Assembly: GCA_900753285.1 (NCBI GenBank) | Contig: CAADYN010000131.1 | Span: forward strand, 1-46,792 | Direction: 5' to 3' | Source: Clostridia bacterium | Lineage (GTDB): Bacteria; Bacillota; Clostridia; Oscillospirales; CAG-272 | DNA: 46,792 bases | Part shown: positions 26,575 through 35,688 of the stretch, piece by piece | Layout: each line of letters begins with the position of its first letter | Numbering within the stretch: the first letter of the stretch is position 1 | Made by a program: the position numbers and the translations under genes | Notes under the pieces: model-generated | Told to the model about the DNA's origin: nothing | Seen by the model: only the letters and a program-made list of their open reading frames with translations | Database searches by the model: none

Positions 26575-27735
26575 TTATACATGGTCGGCGTTTTCAATGT
26601 ACACAGGAATGGGCAGTGCGGCGCGTATTGCGGGGGAGATTTTTGTTCTGTAGGGGGAAGAGAGAGAGAAGAAGAACGCCATCGCGTCACGGTGAGAAAG
26701 CTCAAGCTCGCATTCTCCGTCGTATTCTTCAACTGTGGTGTATCTGCCGCCGATTTTTTCCGCATGTGTCGTTATTTTCAGCTTCTCGTCTCCTGCAAAT
26801 CCGTGAATGAGAACAGTGAGAGTTCCGTCGCACATGGGCTTGTAGGATGCTTCAAACTCGAGAAAAGCTCCGACAAATCTCTTGTAGCTGAACACATTGA
26901 ACATATCGCAGTGACCTACGGAATATCCGCCGCAGATTCGTGTTGCTCTCGCGAGTAAGTCCTCTCTCCAGTCGGGTATTCTTATCTCTACCGAGCCGTA
27001 GTTTCTGACGTAATTGCGCACAACATCGTCAAAATCATCGGGATTGTTCAGCGTAAGCTCCTGCAAATCTCCTACAAAATATCCTATGTACTCTCCGTTT
27101 TTGAATATTGCGCGGAGGGGAGTACGCCATGAAACGCAGATATCGTAGAACCTGTCGCGGGGTCTGAGAGTGCGCATAGGTCTTGTGCAGAACGAGCCGT
27201 AGATTTTGTCGATAAGCTCGCTTTCATCCGACTTTACATCGCGAATTTCAAGCTCGGTGAACGGAACGTCTCTAAAGCAGTGGCGGAGGTTCGTGCCATT
27301 TATGTCAACGTGATACTCCACGCCGATGTAGTCAAAGCCGAAATAGTTGTATCTCTGTCTCTGACCGCCGAGGATGGAATAATCAACGCCGTCCTTCACC
27401 ATGTCGGAAAGAGCCATGTTCATGCAGTCTATCATGTAGCCCTTTGAGCGGGAGTATGGATGTACGGCGACGTTTCCGATACCGCGGCATTTTAAAACTT
27501 CACCGCCAACGGTAACTTCCGAGTCAAACGCGCCGATAGCTGCCTTGAGCTTTCCGTTTTCAGTTACGACATAGTTGTTGTAGCAAGGGTCGCATTCAGG
27601 ATTGTAGAGCTTCGGAAGCAGCTTTTTAAAATCCTGCTCGTTTCCGTTGAAGCCGAATACATAGTTGATAAAATCCATGTAGTCGTCGTACATTTCGGCG
27701 TTTCCTCTGCCCTTGTAGATAATAGTATCAGCCAT
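26575..27735 (-). CDS. Large GNAT acetyltransferase, Eis-like architecture
   Basis: 386 aa. GNAT motif A is present (GIGNVAVHPYSRSKGYM). The length and C-terminal extension are consistent with the Eis-type GNAT+SCP2-like family, which is an inference. Confidence 0.65.
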   Translation of the reverse strand: MADTIIYKGRGNAEMYDDYMDFINYVFGFNGNEQDFKKLLPKLYNPECDPCYNNYVVTENGKLKAAIGAFDSEVTVGGEVLKCRGIGNVAVHPYSRSKGYMIDCMNMALSDMVKDGVDYSILGGQRQRYNYFGFDYIGVEYHVDINGTNLRHCFRDVPFTELEIRDVKSDESELIDKIYGSFCTRPMRTLRPRDRFYDICVSWRTPLRAIFKNGEYIGYFVGDLQELTLNNPDDFDDVVRNYVRNYGSVEIRIPDWREDLLARATRICGGYSVGHCDMFNVFSYKRFVGAFLEFEASYKPMCDGTLTVLIHGFAGDEKLKITTHAEKIGGRYTTVEEYDGECELELSHRDAMAFFFSLSSPYRTKISPAIRAALPIPVYIENADHV

Positions 27736-27751
27736 ATTGAGTCCTTCCTTA

Positions 27752-30016
27752 TTATTTAACAGCTTTAATTATTGCTTTTCCGGAGTATAGCTTCGGTGAG
27801 CCTACAGTTACAGTGACCTCTCCCGCAGCGCTTGTTTTGATAATAGCAACAGCGCGTCCCTCGAATGCGTGGCATATGTTTGAGCCGTATCTGTCTTCGT
27901 TTTTCGGGTCTCCTGAGAATATTCCCATAAGCTCGCCGCCGTCAACTATGCATGAAAGCTCCGCCTTTGAGTCGGGAATTCTGTCTCCGTTTTCGTCTGT
28001 CACAAAGATGTCGATGTAGCACAGGTCCCGTCCGTCGGCTGTAATCTCGTGTGTCTCGGGTGAGAGCTTTATCGAGAGAGCTTTGCCGACAGTGTGCAGT
28101 GAAGAGCGTCCGCATACTTTTCCGTCCTTGTACGCGATAACGGTAAGCTCGCCTTTTTCGTATAGAACATCAAGTGTGGATATCGCTTTTTCGGTTTTGC
28201 TCTTGCCGACGAGTGAGCCGTTCAGATACCATTCCACCTCGTCCGCGTCAGTGTAAACCTCGCATTTCACGGGTTTTCCGATGTATTTGTCGTCGAACGT
28301 CCATGAATCGAGAACATCATACCAGTGCCATTCCGTTCCCGTGAAGCCTTCGCCGTAGTGTTCGGGATGGGTCGTGAATATCTTTGGTTCTTTTCCGCCA
28401 ATCCAAACCGCCTCACGGAAGTATGACTGGGGACGTCTGTATCCGCAAAGGTCGAGGTCTCCCTGATAGCACGAACGCCATGGATATCCCGCAAGGCTGA
28501 TTCCGCGAATAACACCGTCTCTTGCCCAGCATGAGCGTCCTGTTCCCGCTTCTCCGAGGTTGTCGTATGCTGTCCACGTGAAGTCGCCTATGACATAACT
28601 GTTGTTCAGCACAGTCTGCCACGAGTCGTAGAAATGGATAGCGTGAGTCTCCGAGCCCCAGATAACGCGCTTCGGGAACTGCTTGTGGTCTCTTTCGTAT
28701 CTTGTGTAGAGGTAGTTGTAGCCGCAGATGTCGAGCGGAGCGTAATATCCCGCAGTTCTGTCAGCCCATGTTTCGCCGTCTCCCATCTGATATGTAGCGG
28801 ACGTGACAAAGCGTGTATCGTCGTACTTCTTTATTTCCGCAGTCAGGCGTGCCGACCATTCGTCTCCGTCACAGTGACCGTAGCTTTCGGGGATTTCATT
28901 TCCTATGGAGTAGGCTATAACGCATGGGTGCTTTCTGTCACGGCGAACCATTGCGGCGATGTCCCTTGCCCACCAATCGTCAAACCAGACGTGGTAGTTC
29001 AGCTCGCCGCCCTTTTCAAGTCTCCAACAGTCGAAGGCTTCGTCCATTACTATAATTCCCATCTCGTCGCACATTTCCATGAGATTGGTGGACGGCGGGT
29101 TGTGCGCTATTCTGAGTGCGTTGAATCCCGATTCCTTCAGCTTTGTGAGTTTGCGTCGGCATGCTGCGGGATAGTCTGCGGCACCGAGAACTCCGTGGTC
29201 GTGGTGTATGCATCCTCCGCGCAGCTTCATGGGCTTGCCGTTGAAGAGCAGTCCGTTTTCAGCGTCGGCGGATACCGTTCTTATGCCGAATTTGGTCTTG
29301 TCGGTTTCGACTACCTCGCCGTTTTCGATTATCTTCGTGCTCATCGTGTAGAGATACGGGTCGTCTATGCTCCATGTGCGTGCGTCCTTGACTTCAAATT
29401 CGAGTGTAACCGGTGTTTTTTCACCTGCTTTGAGGCTTACCGATACGGTTTTTGCTTCGACTGCACGTCCGCTTCCGATAATTTCCGCGGCAAGGGTAAC
29501 GTCAGCGTCTCTGTCGGAGCTTATTTCGTATGACACTTTAACTTTGTCGAGCGTTGGCGTGGAAACAAACACATCCCAAGGCTCAATTCTGATGTCTCCG
29601 CCATGCCAGAGGTATACGTCACGATAAATTCCTGCGCCGGAGTACCATCTTGTTGACGGCTGATGTGCGTTTGTGGTGATAACGAGCTTGTTCATGCCTT
29701 TTCTCTTGCGCTCGGTGAGGTCGACAAGAAACGGGGTATATCCGTGCGGGTGCATTACGAGCTGATATTCGTTCAGCTTTACGGTTGTACACATATACGC
29801 GCCGTCGATGTCGAGGATGTAGTGCCCCTTACCAAGCTCCATTTCCTTGACATACGTGCCTTTTCCGCCGGGGAAGAATCCGTTTGAAGCTCCGCCCGGT
29901 GCATTCGGATCGCGGGGAAGTGTTACGCTGTAGTCGTTCGGGAGGTCAACGTTCACCCATCCGTTTGTTCCGGGGGCATTCAGCGACCAACCCTTTGAAA
30001 TGCAGATTTTCTTCAT
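27752..30016 (-). CDS. Glycoside hydrolase family 2 (beta-galactosidase/beta-glucuronidase-like), cytoplasmic
   Basis: 754 aa. GH2 TIM-barrel motifs are present (FNALRIAHNPPS, YSIGNEIPE). It has the sugar-binding and Ig-like N-domains and no signal peptide. Confidence 0.9.
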   Translation of the reverse strand: MKKICISKGWSLNAPGTNGWVNVDLPNDYSVTLPRDPNAPGGASNGFFPGGKGTYVKEMELGKGHYILDIDGAYMCTTVKLNEYQLVMHPHGYTPFLVDLTERKRKGMNKLVITTNAHQPSTRWYSGAGIYRDVYLWHGGDIRIEPWDVFVSTPTLDKVKVSYEISSDRDADVTLAAEIIGSGRAVEAKTVSVSLKAGEKTPVTLEFEVKDARTWSIDDPYLYTMSTKIIENGEVVETDKTKFGIRTVSADAENGLLFNGKPMKLRGGCIHHDHGVLGAADYPAACRRKLTKLKESGFNALRIAHNPPSTNLMEMCDEMGIIVMDEAFDCWRLEKGGELNYHVWFDDWWARDIAAMVRRDRKHPCVIAYSIGNEIPESYGHCDGDEWSARLTAEIKKYDDTRFVTSATYQMGDGETWADRTAGYYAPLDICGYNYLYTRYERDHKQFPKRVIWGSETHAIHFYDSWQTVLNNSYVIGDFTWTAYDNLGEAGTGRSCWARDGVIRGISLAGYPWRSCYQGDLDLCGYRRPQSYFREAVWIGGKEPKIFTTHPEHYGEGFTGTEWHWYDVLDSWTFDDKYIGKPVKCEVYTDADEVEWYLNGSLVGKSKTEKAISTLDVLYEKGELTVIAYKDGKVCGRSSLHTVGKALSIKLSPETHEITADGRDLCYIDIFVTDENGDRIPDSKAELSCIVDGGELMGIFSGDPKNEDRYGSNICHAFEGRAVAIIKTSAAGEVTVTVGSPKLYSGKAIIKAVK

Positions 30017-30122
30017 GTAGCTGTTCCTTTCTAAATATTATATTAAAGATACTCTGAATTAATCGGATTTTTGAGATATAAGGCTAAAATATAGGGACTT
30101 TTATCGCAAAAATAACCTTAAA

Positions 30123-30992
30123 TCAGAGGCTTCTTAAAGCTTCGCAGGCGTATGTCTTAAGTCCCGCGTCGCTCATAGCTCTTTGCGTATCGTGCAGCTT
30201 TGTTTCGTCATAGAATAGCGCGAATACCGTAGGTCCGCTCCCGCTCATCATAACTCCGTCAGCACCGAGGGAAATTAGCGTTCTCTTTATCTTGTCGGCG
30301 GCAGGACGGACGGGCAGTATGACGTGCTCAAAGGAATTATATAAAATCGACGGAACAATGCCCTCGGCTAAATCGCGGACAAGATCGTCTGCTGTACAGG
30401 GGGAGGTCAGCTCAGCCGAGTCCACCATGCCGTATGCTTCGGGAGTGGACACGCCAAGTCCGGACGGAGCTATCAGCACATGGTATTTCGGCTTACATAA
30501 CGTGAGCTTTGTGATTTTCTCGCCTATTCCGCGGCAGACACAGCATCCTCCGACAATGCAGAACGGTATGTCCGCACCGACCTTAACGCCGATAGAGCAA
30601 AGCTCGTCCTCGGAAAGATTCTGCCCAGTCATGTCGTTCAGCAGCTTCAGCACCGCCGCGCCGTCAGTTGAGCCTCCCGCAAGTCCTCCGCTTATCGGGA
30701 TTCGCTTTTCTATGTGGATATGCACGTCCAGTCCCGTTATTTTCGTGAATTCAAGGAACTTCGCCGCGCATTTGTGTGCTATGTTTTTCTCATTCAGCGG
30801 AACTCGGGAGTCGTTTGAGGACAGCGTGATTCTGTTGCCGCCGAGCGTGTTTTCGGTTATCCCTACGGACACTTCGTCGCACAGCGATATCTCCTGCATG
30901 ACTGTTTCGATTTCGTGATATCCGTCCTCTCTCTTTCCGCTTACATTCAGGTATAGATTGATTTTCGCGTTCGCTTTTGCAGTTTTTTCCAT
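30123..30992 (-). CDS. ispE: 4-diphosphocytidyl-2-C-methyl-D-erythritol kinase
   Basis: The N-terminus is AKINLYLNV and the GHMP kinase motif is PISGGLAGGSTDGAA. Confidence 0.93.
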   Translation of the reverse strand: MEKTAKANAKINLYLNVSGKREDGYHEIETVMQEISLCDEVSVGITENTLGGNRITLSSNDSRVPLNEKNIAHKCAAKFLEFTKITGLDVHIHIEKRIPISGGLAGGSTDGAAVLKLLNDMTGQNLSEDELCSIGVKVGADIPFCIVGGCCVCRGIGEKITKLTLCKPKYHVLIAPSGLGVSTPEAYGMVDSAELTSPCTADDLVRDLAEGIVPSILYNSFEHVILPVRPAADKIKRTLISLGADGVMMSGSGPTVFALFYDETKLHDTQRAMSDAGLKTYACEALRSL

Positions 30993-30993
30993 A

Positions 30994-32136
30994 TCAGTGT
31001 ATCATTTTTATCAGCGGATTCTGCTTTGCGTCAACTGCTCCGATTGGACATAACTCCCCACAGCAGTAGCACTTTATGCAGTTTTCACGGTGAATATGTG
31101 CTTTTTTCTTCTCTATCGTTATCGTGTGGCGTGGGCATGAGCGGGCGCATACTCCGCATCCTACGCATTTTTCCTTGTTTACATGGGGCTTAGTCTCAAA
31201 AAAAGCCGCGAACCTTCCGTCGAAAAGGTTTGGCAGGTTTTTGAGGAACTTCCCTGCGTCGGTGTCAGGCTTTTTGAAGTCAAACGTCGGGCATTTACTC
31301 ATTCCGAGGAGTGGAATATCGCTGACATTACGCGAGACAAGACCTCTTTCAGCCGCGGCGTTAAGATGCAGCACGTTTCCGTCAGAGCCGATGATATGCT
31401 CTCCCACAACGTCAAGTGAGAACTGTGAGCGCGAGGCGAGAATAAGTCCGGCTTTTTTCGGCGTACCGTATGACGGACCGTTTCCTTCCATTGCCAGAAC
31501 CGCGTCGCATACGGCTATGAATTCCTTTTCGCGCAGCACCATTTCGCTCAGATCCACAAGCATCTGTGAAAAGTCCTCGATACGCGGGAAGTTGGAGTGC
31601 ATTTCAAATTTTTCAACTCCGGGGATAAGTCCGAACAGGTTCTTTGTAGCGCAGCTCATTCCGGTGAGTGTGTGTGTTTTGAGCTTGCATATGTCAACAA
31701 CAACATCGCAGTCGAAAAACGGACTTATGACGTGCAGGTTTTTCAGCTTAATTCCGTCCGTGTACATCGTCTTGAATGAGCAGTCGGTGTTCAGCTTGAG
31801 GTAGTCAAGACCAATCTCGCTCAGTCCGCAGGTTCGGTACACGTTTGAGATAGTCGCGGAATTGTACGGACCTCCGGGAGAATCCGCCGCTGTTATGGAT
31901 GACGCTCCAAGCTCGTGCAGGACGACGGCGACAGCTTTTATCACGGCGGGATGTGTTGTGGCGGCATGGTCGGGAACCTTCGCGAGGACAAGATTCGGCT
32001 TTATTAGCACTTTCTTTCCGCTTATCAAACACTCGTCCACTCCGATGGCGGAAAAAGCGGCGCGTATTATATCGGTAAGTCGGTTTTCATCGTAGTCGGG
32101 ACATTCGGTTATGTAAACAGGTGAATTTTCAGTCAT
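30994..32136 (-). CDS. DUF362 domain protein with a C-terminal 2x[4Fe-4S] ferredoxin domain
   Basis: The C-terminus carries CVGCGVCARSCP and CIKCYCCGELCP. The body resembles DUF362. I prefer the internal ATG (MTENSPVYI) as the start. The stop lies 1 nt before the ispE ATG. Confidence 0.75.
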   Translation of the reverse strand: MTENSPVYITECPDYDENRLTDIIRAAFSAIGVDECLISGKKVLIKPNLVLAKVPDHAATTHPAVIKAVAVVLHELGASSITAADSPGGPYNSATISNVYRTCGLSEIGLDYLKLNTDCSFKTMYTDGIKLKNLHVISPFFDCDVVVDICKLKTHTLTGMSCATKNLFGLIPGVEKFEMHSNFPRIEDFSQMLVDLSEMVLREKEFIAVCDAVLAMEGNGPSYGTPKKAGLILASRSQFSLDVVGEHIIGSDGNVLHLNAAAERGLVSRNVSDIPLLGMSKCPTFDFKKPDTDAGKFLKNLPNLFDGRFAAFFETKPHVNKEKCVGCGVCARSCPRHTITIEKKKAHIHRENCIKCYCCGELCPIGAVDAKQNPLIKMIH

Positions 32137-32241
32137 TTTTTGCTTCCGTATTGTGTAAAAAACAAGTAATATCAACGGTATTATAACATAAATTCAGACC
32201 TATAGCAATAAGGAATTGCACGCTTAATGAGGTTAAGACAG

Positions 32242-32330
32242 AAAAAATCCCTCTACCAATGCACTGTCCCGTCCTCCACATCGTTAGTTTTGGGTCTAAC
32301 TTTTGGAGACGGGATAGTGCGGCAGAGGGA
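32242..32330 (-). terminator. Extended-hairpin terminator after the lyxose isomerase gene; copy B of the dispersed hairpin element
   Basis: An outer stem (tccctctacc with ggcagaggga) encloses the arms ctgtcccgtcctcca and tggagacgggatag and an inner gttag/ctaac stem. The plus-strand A6 at 32242-32247 gives the T-tract on the minus strand. Confidence 0.7.
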
Positions 32331-32336
32331 CAAATG

Positions 32337-33089
32337 TTATTTTGCTTCGGGATATTCGTTGCAGAGGAGATACTTCGGTTCAACATCCTCTTCGATTTCG
32401 GGGAAGCGTCCCACGGAGTCAAAGAAGCGCACCTTGTCGGAAGTGTCGGCATCCTTTATCGCGCCGAGATATGGCATACGGTCGACAGGCTCATAGAAGC
32501 GGTTGTCTTTGGAGTCGTCGTTGCACTGGCTGACCTCGCCTACGAGAACCTTTCCGTGACCTTCCTCACCCCAGAACGCGTGGTAGAGCTTCTTTGTGTT
32601 AGTCATGCTCATGCCGGGAGTAAGTCTGATAACGCTGCCTGCGGGAACCTTGTAGTGGCGTCCGTCAACCTGAATCTCAACGTCGTCTGCGGAGAATTCG
32701 TCGTTTTCGTCAGCCGCATATACCTTTATCATAAGATTTCCGCCGCCGCGATTGATTATGTCCTCCTGCTTGTACCAGTGGTAGTGGTATGGAGTCGTCT
32801 GATTTTCGTCGACTATCATGATTTTTTCCGCGTAAACCTTGTGGTCGTCGGGATTGTGAGCGTTTCCGTTGCGCAGTGTGAACAGGAACAAGCCGCACTT
32901 TTTGTAGTCTCCGCTTCCGAAGTCCGTTATGTCCCAACCAAGGCAGTTGCGGCGTATTTCGTCGTATTCGTGATTCTTATCTTTCCATTCGGCGGCTGTA
33001 AAATAAGCGAACGGTGGAAGAAGAAACTTGTGCTCACCGAGGAATTCTGCAGCTTCTTCAATGATTTTGTTGATTTCTGATCTTTTCAT
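32337..33089 (-). CDS. D-lyxose/D-mannose isomerase family protein (cupin)
   Basis: 250 aa. Family-typical segments are present: FLLPPFAYFTAAEW, GWDITDFGSGDY, LFTLRNG, YAEKIMIVDENQTTPYHYHW.KQEDIINRGGGNL. Confidence 0.85.
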   Translation of the reverse strand: MKRSEINKIIEEAAEFLGEHKFLLPPFAYFTAAEWKDKNHEYDEIRRNCLGWDITDFGSGDYKKCGLFLFTLRNGNAHNPDDHKVYAEKIMIVDENQTTPYHYHWYKQEDIINRGGGNLMIKVYAADENDEFSADDVEIQVDGRHYKVPAGSVIRLTPGMSMTNTKKLYHAFWGEEGHGKVLVGEVSQCNDDSKDNRFYEPVDRMPYLGAIKDADTSDKVRFFDSVGRFPEIEEDVEPKYLLCNEYPEAK

Positions 33090-33111
33090 GGTTCTACCTT
33101 CTTTTGTGTTA

Positions 33112-35084
33112 TCAATAATCTATTACAGCCATAGCGTGACAGTTCAGCTTGTCTACAGTGTAAGCCAAAACCCCGTTTTCGTATGTGAACGGTATGTCGC
33201 GCTTTTCGGGAGCAAGATAAACTCTTTTCGGCGTCTTGTCGGTGCGCAGCTTTACGGTAATGTCGCTGAGCGGAATGATGTCTTCAATTACTTCAATTCC
33301 GTTTCCGCGCTTTACCGGTGAGGCGTAGAGCAGGTGGTTTACAAGTCTGTGCTCCGCGGTCTGATCCATGAGCGTGACTACACCCTGAGCGGGGAGATTT
33401 GTCTCAATTGTCTTGTCCTCGCCGAGAAGCAGGTTTATTATGTGGTTTGTTATGAGCTTTGCAATGAGACTGCCCTTTGTCGCGTACTCGCTGAATATCT
33501 TTGTCGAGATGTATGCTCCGTCATGTCCCACTGTTGCTGCGGGGAAGCGTTCGGATTTGTTGTTCGGCGTGTGCTGATGTGAGCAGAACGAGAATGTTGT
33601 GCGGTTGAAGTACGGGTTCTCGCGCTCGACAACTACTTCTCCGTCGGCTTCAATGTCGTAGGATTTTGAGTAAATTACATACGCGGTGTTGCCGAGAACT
33701 CCCATGTCGAAGCACGGGCGGAAGTATATCGGTGAGAACGCGCTCTCTCCCTTATAGCGGCATCCGAGGTCAAGCATGAATTTGTCGTCGTAACCCACAG
33801 CGCTTTCTCCTGTTGCAAGCACACGACCGCCGCAGGAGACAAACTTCTTTACGGCTTTCTCCAGTCTCTCGTCAAATCTTACGCTGTCGGGGAGGATGAG
33901 CAGCTTGTACTTTTCGCATTCGCCAGAGAAGAGGGAGTCGGTGTCGATAACGTCAAACAGGAACTTTCCTTCAAGCAGCATTCGTACAGCACCTGCGTCA
34001 GAGCCGTTGTCTCCACTATGCGGGAGGTGATTCTGCTCACAGTAGTTTGCTACGGCTTCTTCGGAAAGCACGGCAATATCAGCGACAGATGTAACTCCAT
34101 CAAGCCATTCCTCACGCTCTTCAACCTCGGAGTAAGCCGCGCCGATTAAGTCGTATGTAACTTCATCCATGTGTCCGTCCGGGTGCATCTGGTCTCCTAT
34201 TGAGCATTTTGCACCGTTTGCCACACAGAGAGCTTCCTCGTACTGAGTGCGTTCGGGTGCTTGTATCCGCCGAATTCGCCCCATGTTGTGTGGAATTTTC
34301 CCGTCATTCCGAGGAAGTTCTTGCCGAGAGTTCTTGAATATGCCGCAGAGAGAGGGAAGTGGTCGTATCCCCAGCCGCCTGTCGGGAGAGATTCAAGCTC
34401 GAGGTGGGAGTCAACGTCCGCAAGGTCACGTCTTCCGCGTCTGATGTGTCCGCTGTTGTGGAATACGGGCAGTCCGGGCTTTATCCTGTCAACGGCTTCA
34501 CGGACGCGGCGGGTGTAGTTTTGGTAAACTCTTTCGCCAAGCTCACGCGCATTTTCGTCGTTGTACGGGTCTTTTCCTTCGTCAAGGAGAGTTTTCACGC
34601 AGTTCTGGCACCAGCAGGTACGAACGCCTACTATGTCGAGAAAAATACCGTCGCAGTCATAGTTCCGTACAACCTCTTCAATCTGCGCAATGAGGTAGTC
34701 GAGGTAGGGGGAGTTCATGCAAAGCTCGTGGAAGCCGGGATATTCCCATCCGATTCTGTCGTCTTTCGGCCGTCTGAGCCATTCCGGATGCTTGTGCGCG
34801 ATTTTTTCGTCAAATCCGGCTGAGAGATACACGGGAGTTTTTACTCCAATCTCATGTGCCGCCTTTATCTCCGCGTCAAGCAAATCAAACTTTAATCCGG
34901 GATGCATTTCGTTAGCTTCGCTCGGATGATACGCCCAGCCGTGATGGCATTTTGAAAATACGGTTATCGAGTTTACGTGACCGCGTTTGAGTGCGTCCTG
35001 AAACTGTTCCTTCGAGAAGCACGAGCCGATACCGTCAATTTTTTCGCTTGTATGAAAGTCAAGATGTACCTGTCTGAAATTCAT
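33112..35084 (-). pseudogene. GHL6-type putative glycoside hydrolase with a beta-galactosidase trimerisation-like C-domain, frameshifted
   Basis: The ORFs 34197-35084 (MNFRQVHLDFHTS..., GHL6-like) and 33112-34284 overlap by 88 nt in different frames. The protein reads continuously (..TTWGEFGGYKHPNAL | YEEALCVANGAKCSIGDQ..) if one base is inserted near 34243-34244. Confidence 0.75.
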
Positions 35085-35102
35085 TTTTCCTCCAAAAATA
35101 AA

Positions 35103-35150
35103 CCGAGTTCATTACGAAAAGATTTTATCATAATGAACTCGGAAAATCAA
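35103..35150 (-). promoter_or_regulatory. A 12-bp perfect inverted repeat overlapping a candidate SigA promoter for the GHL6/lyxose-isomerase genes
   Basis: The inverted repeat pairs ccgagttcatta (35103-35114) with taatgaactcgg (35131-35142). On the minus strand, TTGATT (35145-35150) is followed by a 17-nt spacer and TAAAAT (35122-35127) with a TGa extension. On the minus strand the hairpin is also followed by tttattttt. Confidence 0.5.
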
Positions 35151-35216
35151 TAGCTGATTGTTATTTTGTGTGCCGGAATTTCGTGAAAAGTGTGAAATAC
35201 TACATTTATGAGATTT

Positions 35217-35684
35217 TTATCTCTGTTCCTTTTCCGCGTCTATCGCGAGGACAAGCATGAGAACGTGCAGCGCGTTTTTGTCGTCCTCAACGTCAATGCA
35301 GTACGTGTCAGTGAGGTTGAGGATTTCCTTTGATATGTGAGCTATCAGGCTGCCGTTTTCATCGTTTACATCGTAGTCCCATTCGAGAATATCGCCTTTT
35401 ACGCTCCAGTTCATGTAGTCAATGTCAAACTGGGGAGTGAGAAGTGAAAATTCCTTGCGTATAGTGCCTAGCTCCGCTCCGCCAACCTCAATGTCAAAGG
35501 TCGGCAGAATGGTGAAGAATCTGCGTGTGAGCTTTGCCGCTTCGTTTCCGTCGTGGTCGAGAACCGACAAGGTTTTGGTGAGCGCGAATTGTCCTTCGAC
35601 TGTGTAGACTATGTTGTCTCCTTCGTCATACACGTCGAACTTGTCAAAAAGTGTGAAAAACTGCTGCTTGATGATGAGCTTCAT
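35217..35684 (-). CDS. LURP-one-related / YxjI-like (tubby C-terminal-like fold) protein
   Basis: 155 aa. The family-typical pattern is present: MKLIIKQQFFTLFDKFDVYDE.GN..Y.VEG...L.K.L...D..G.E.A......F..LP.F.I......LG.I.KEF....P.F ... LVLAIDA. Confidence 0.75.
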   Translation of the reverse strand: MKLIIKQQFFTLFDKFDVYDEGDNIVYTVEGQFALTKTLSVLDHDGNEAAKLTRRFFTILPTFDIEVGGAELGTIRKEFSLLTPQFDIDYMNWSVKGDILEWDYDVNDENGSLIAHISKEILNLTDTYCIDVEDDKNALHVLMLVLAIDAEKEQR

Positions 35685-35688
35685 GGTG

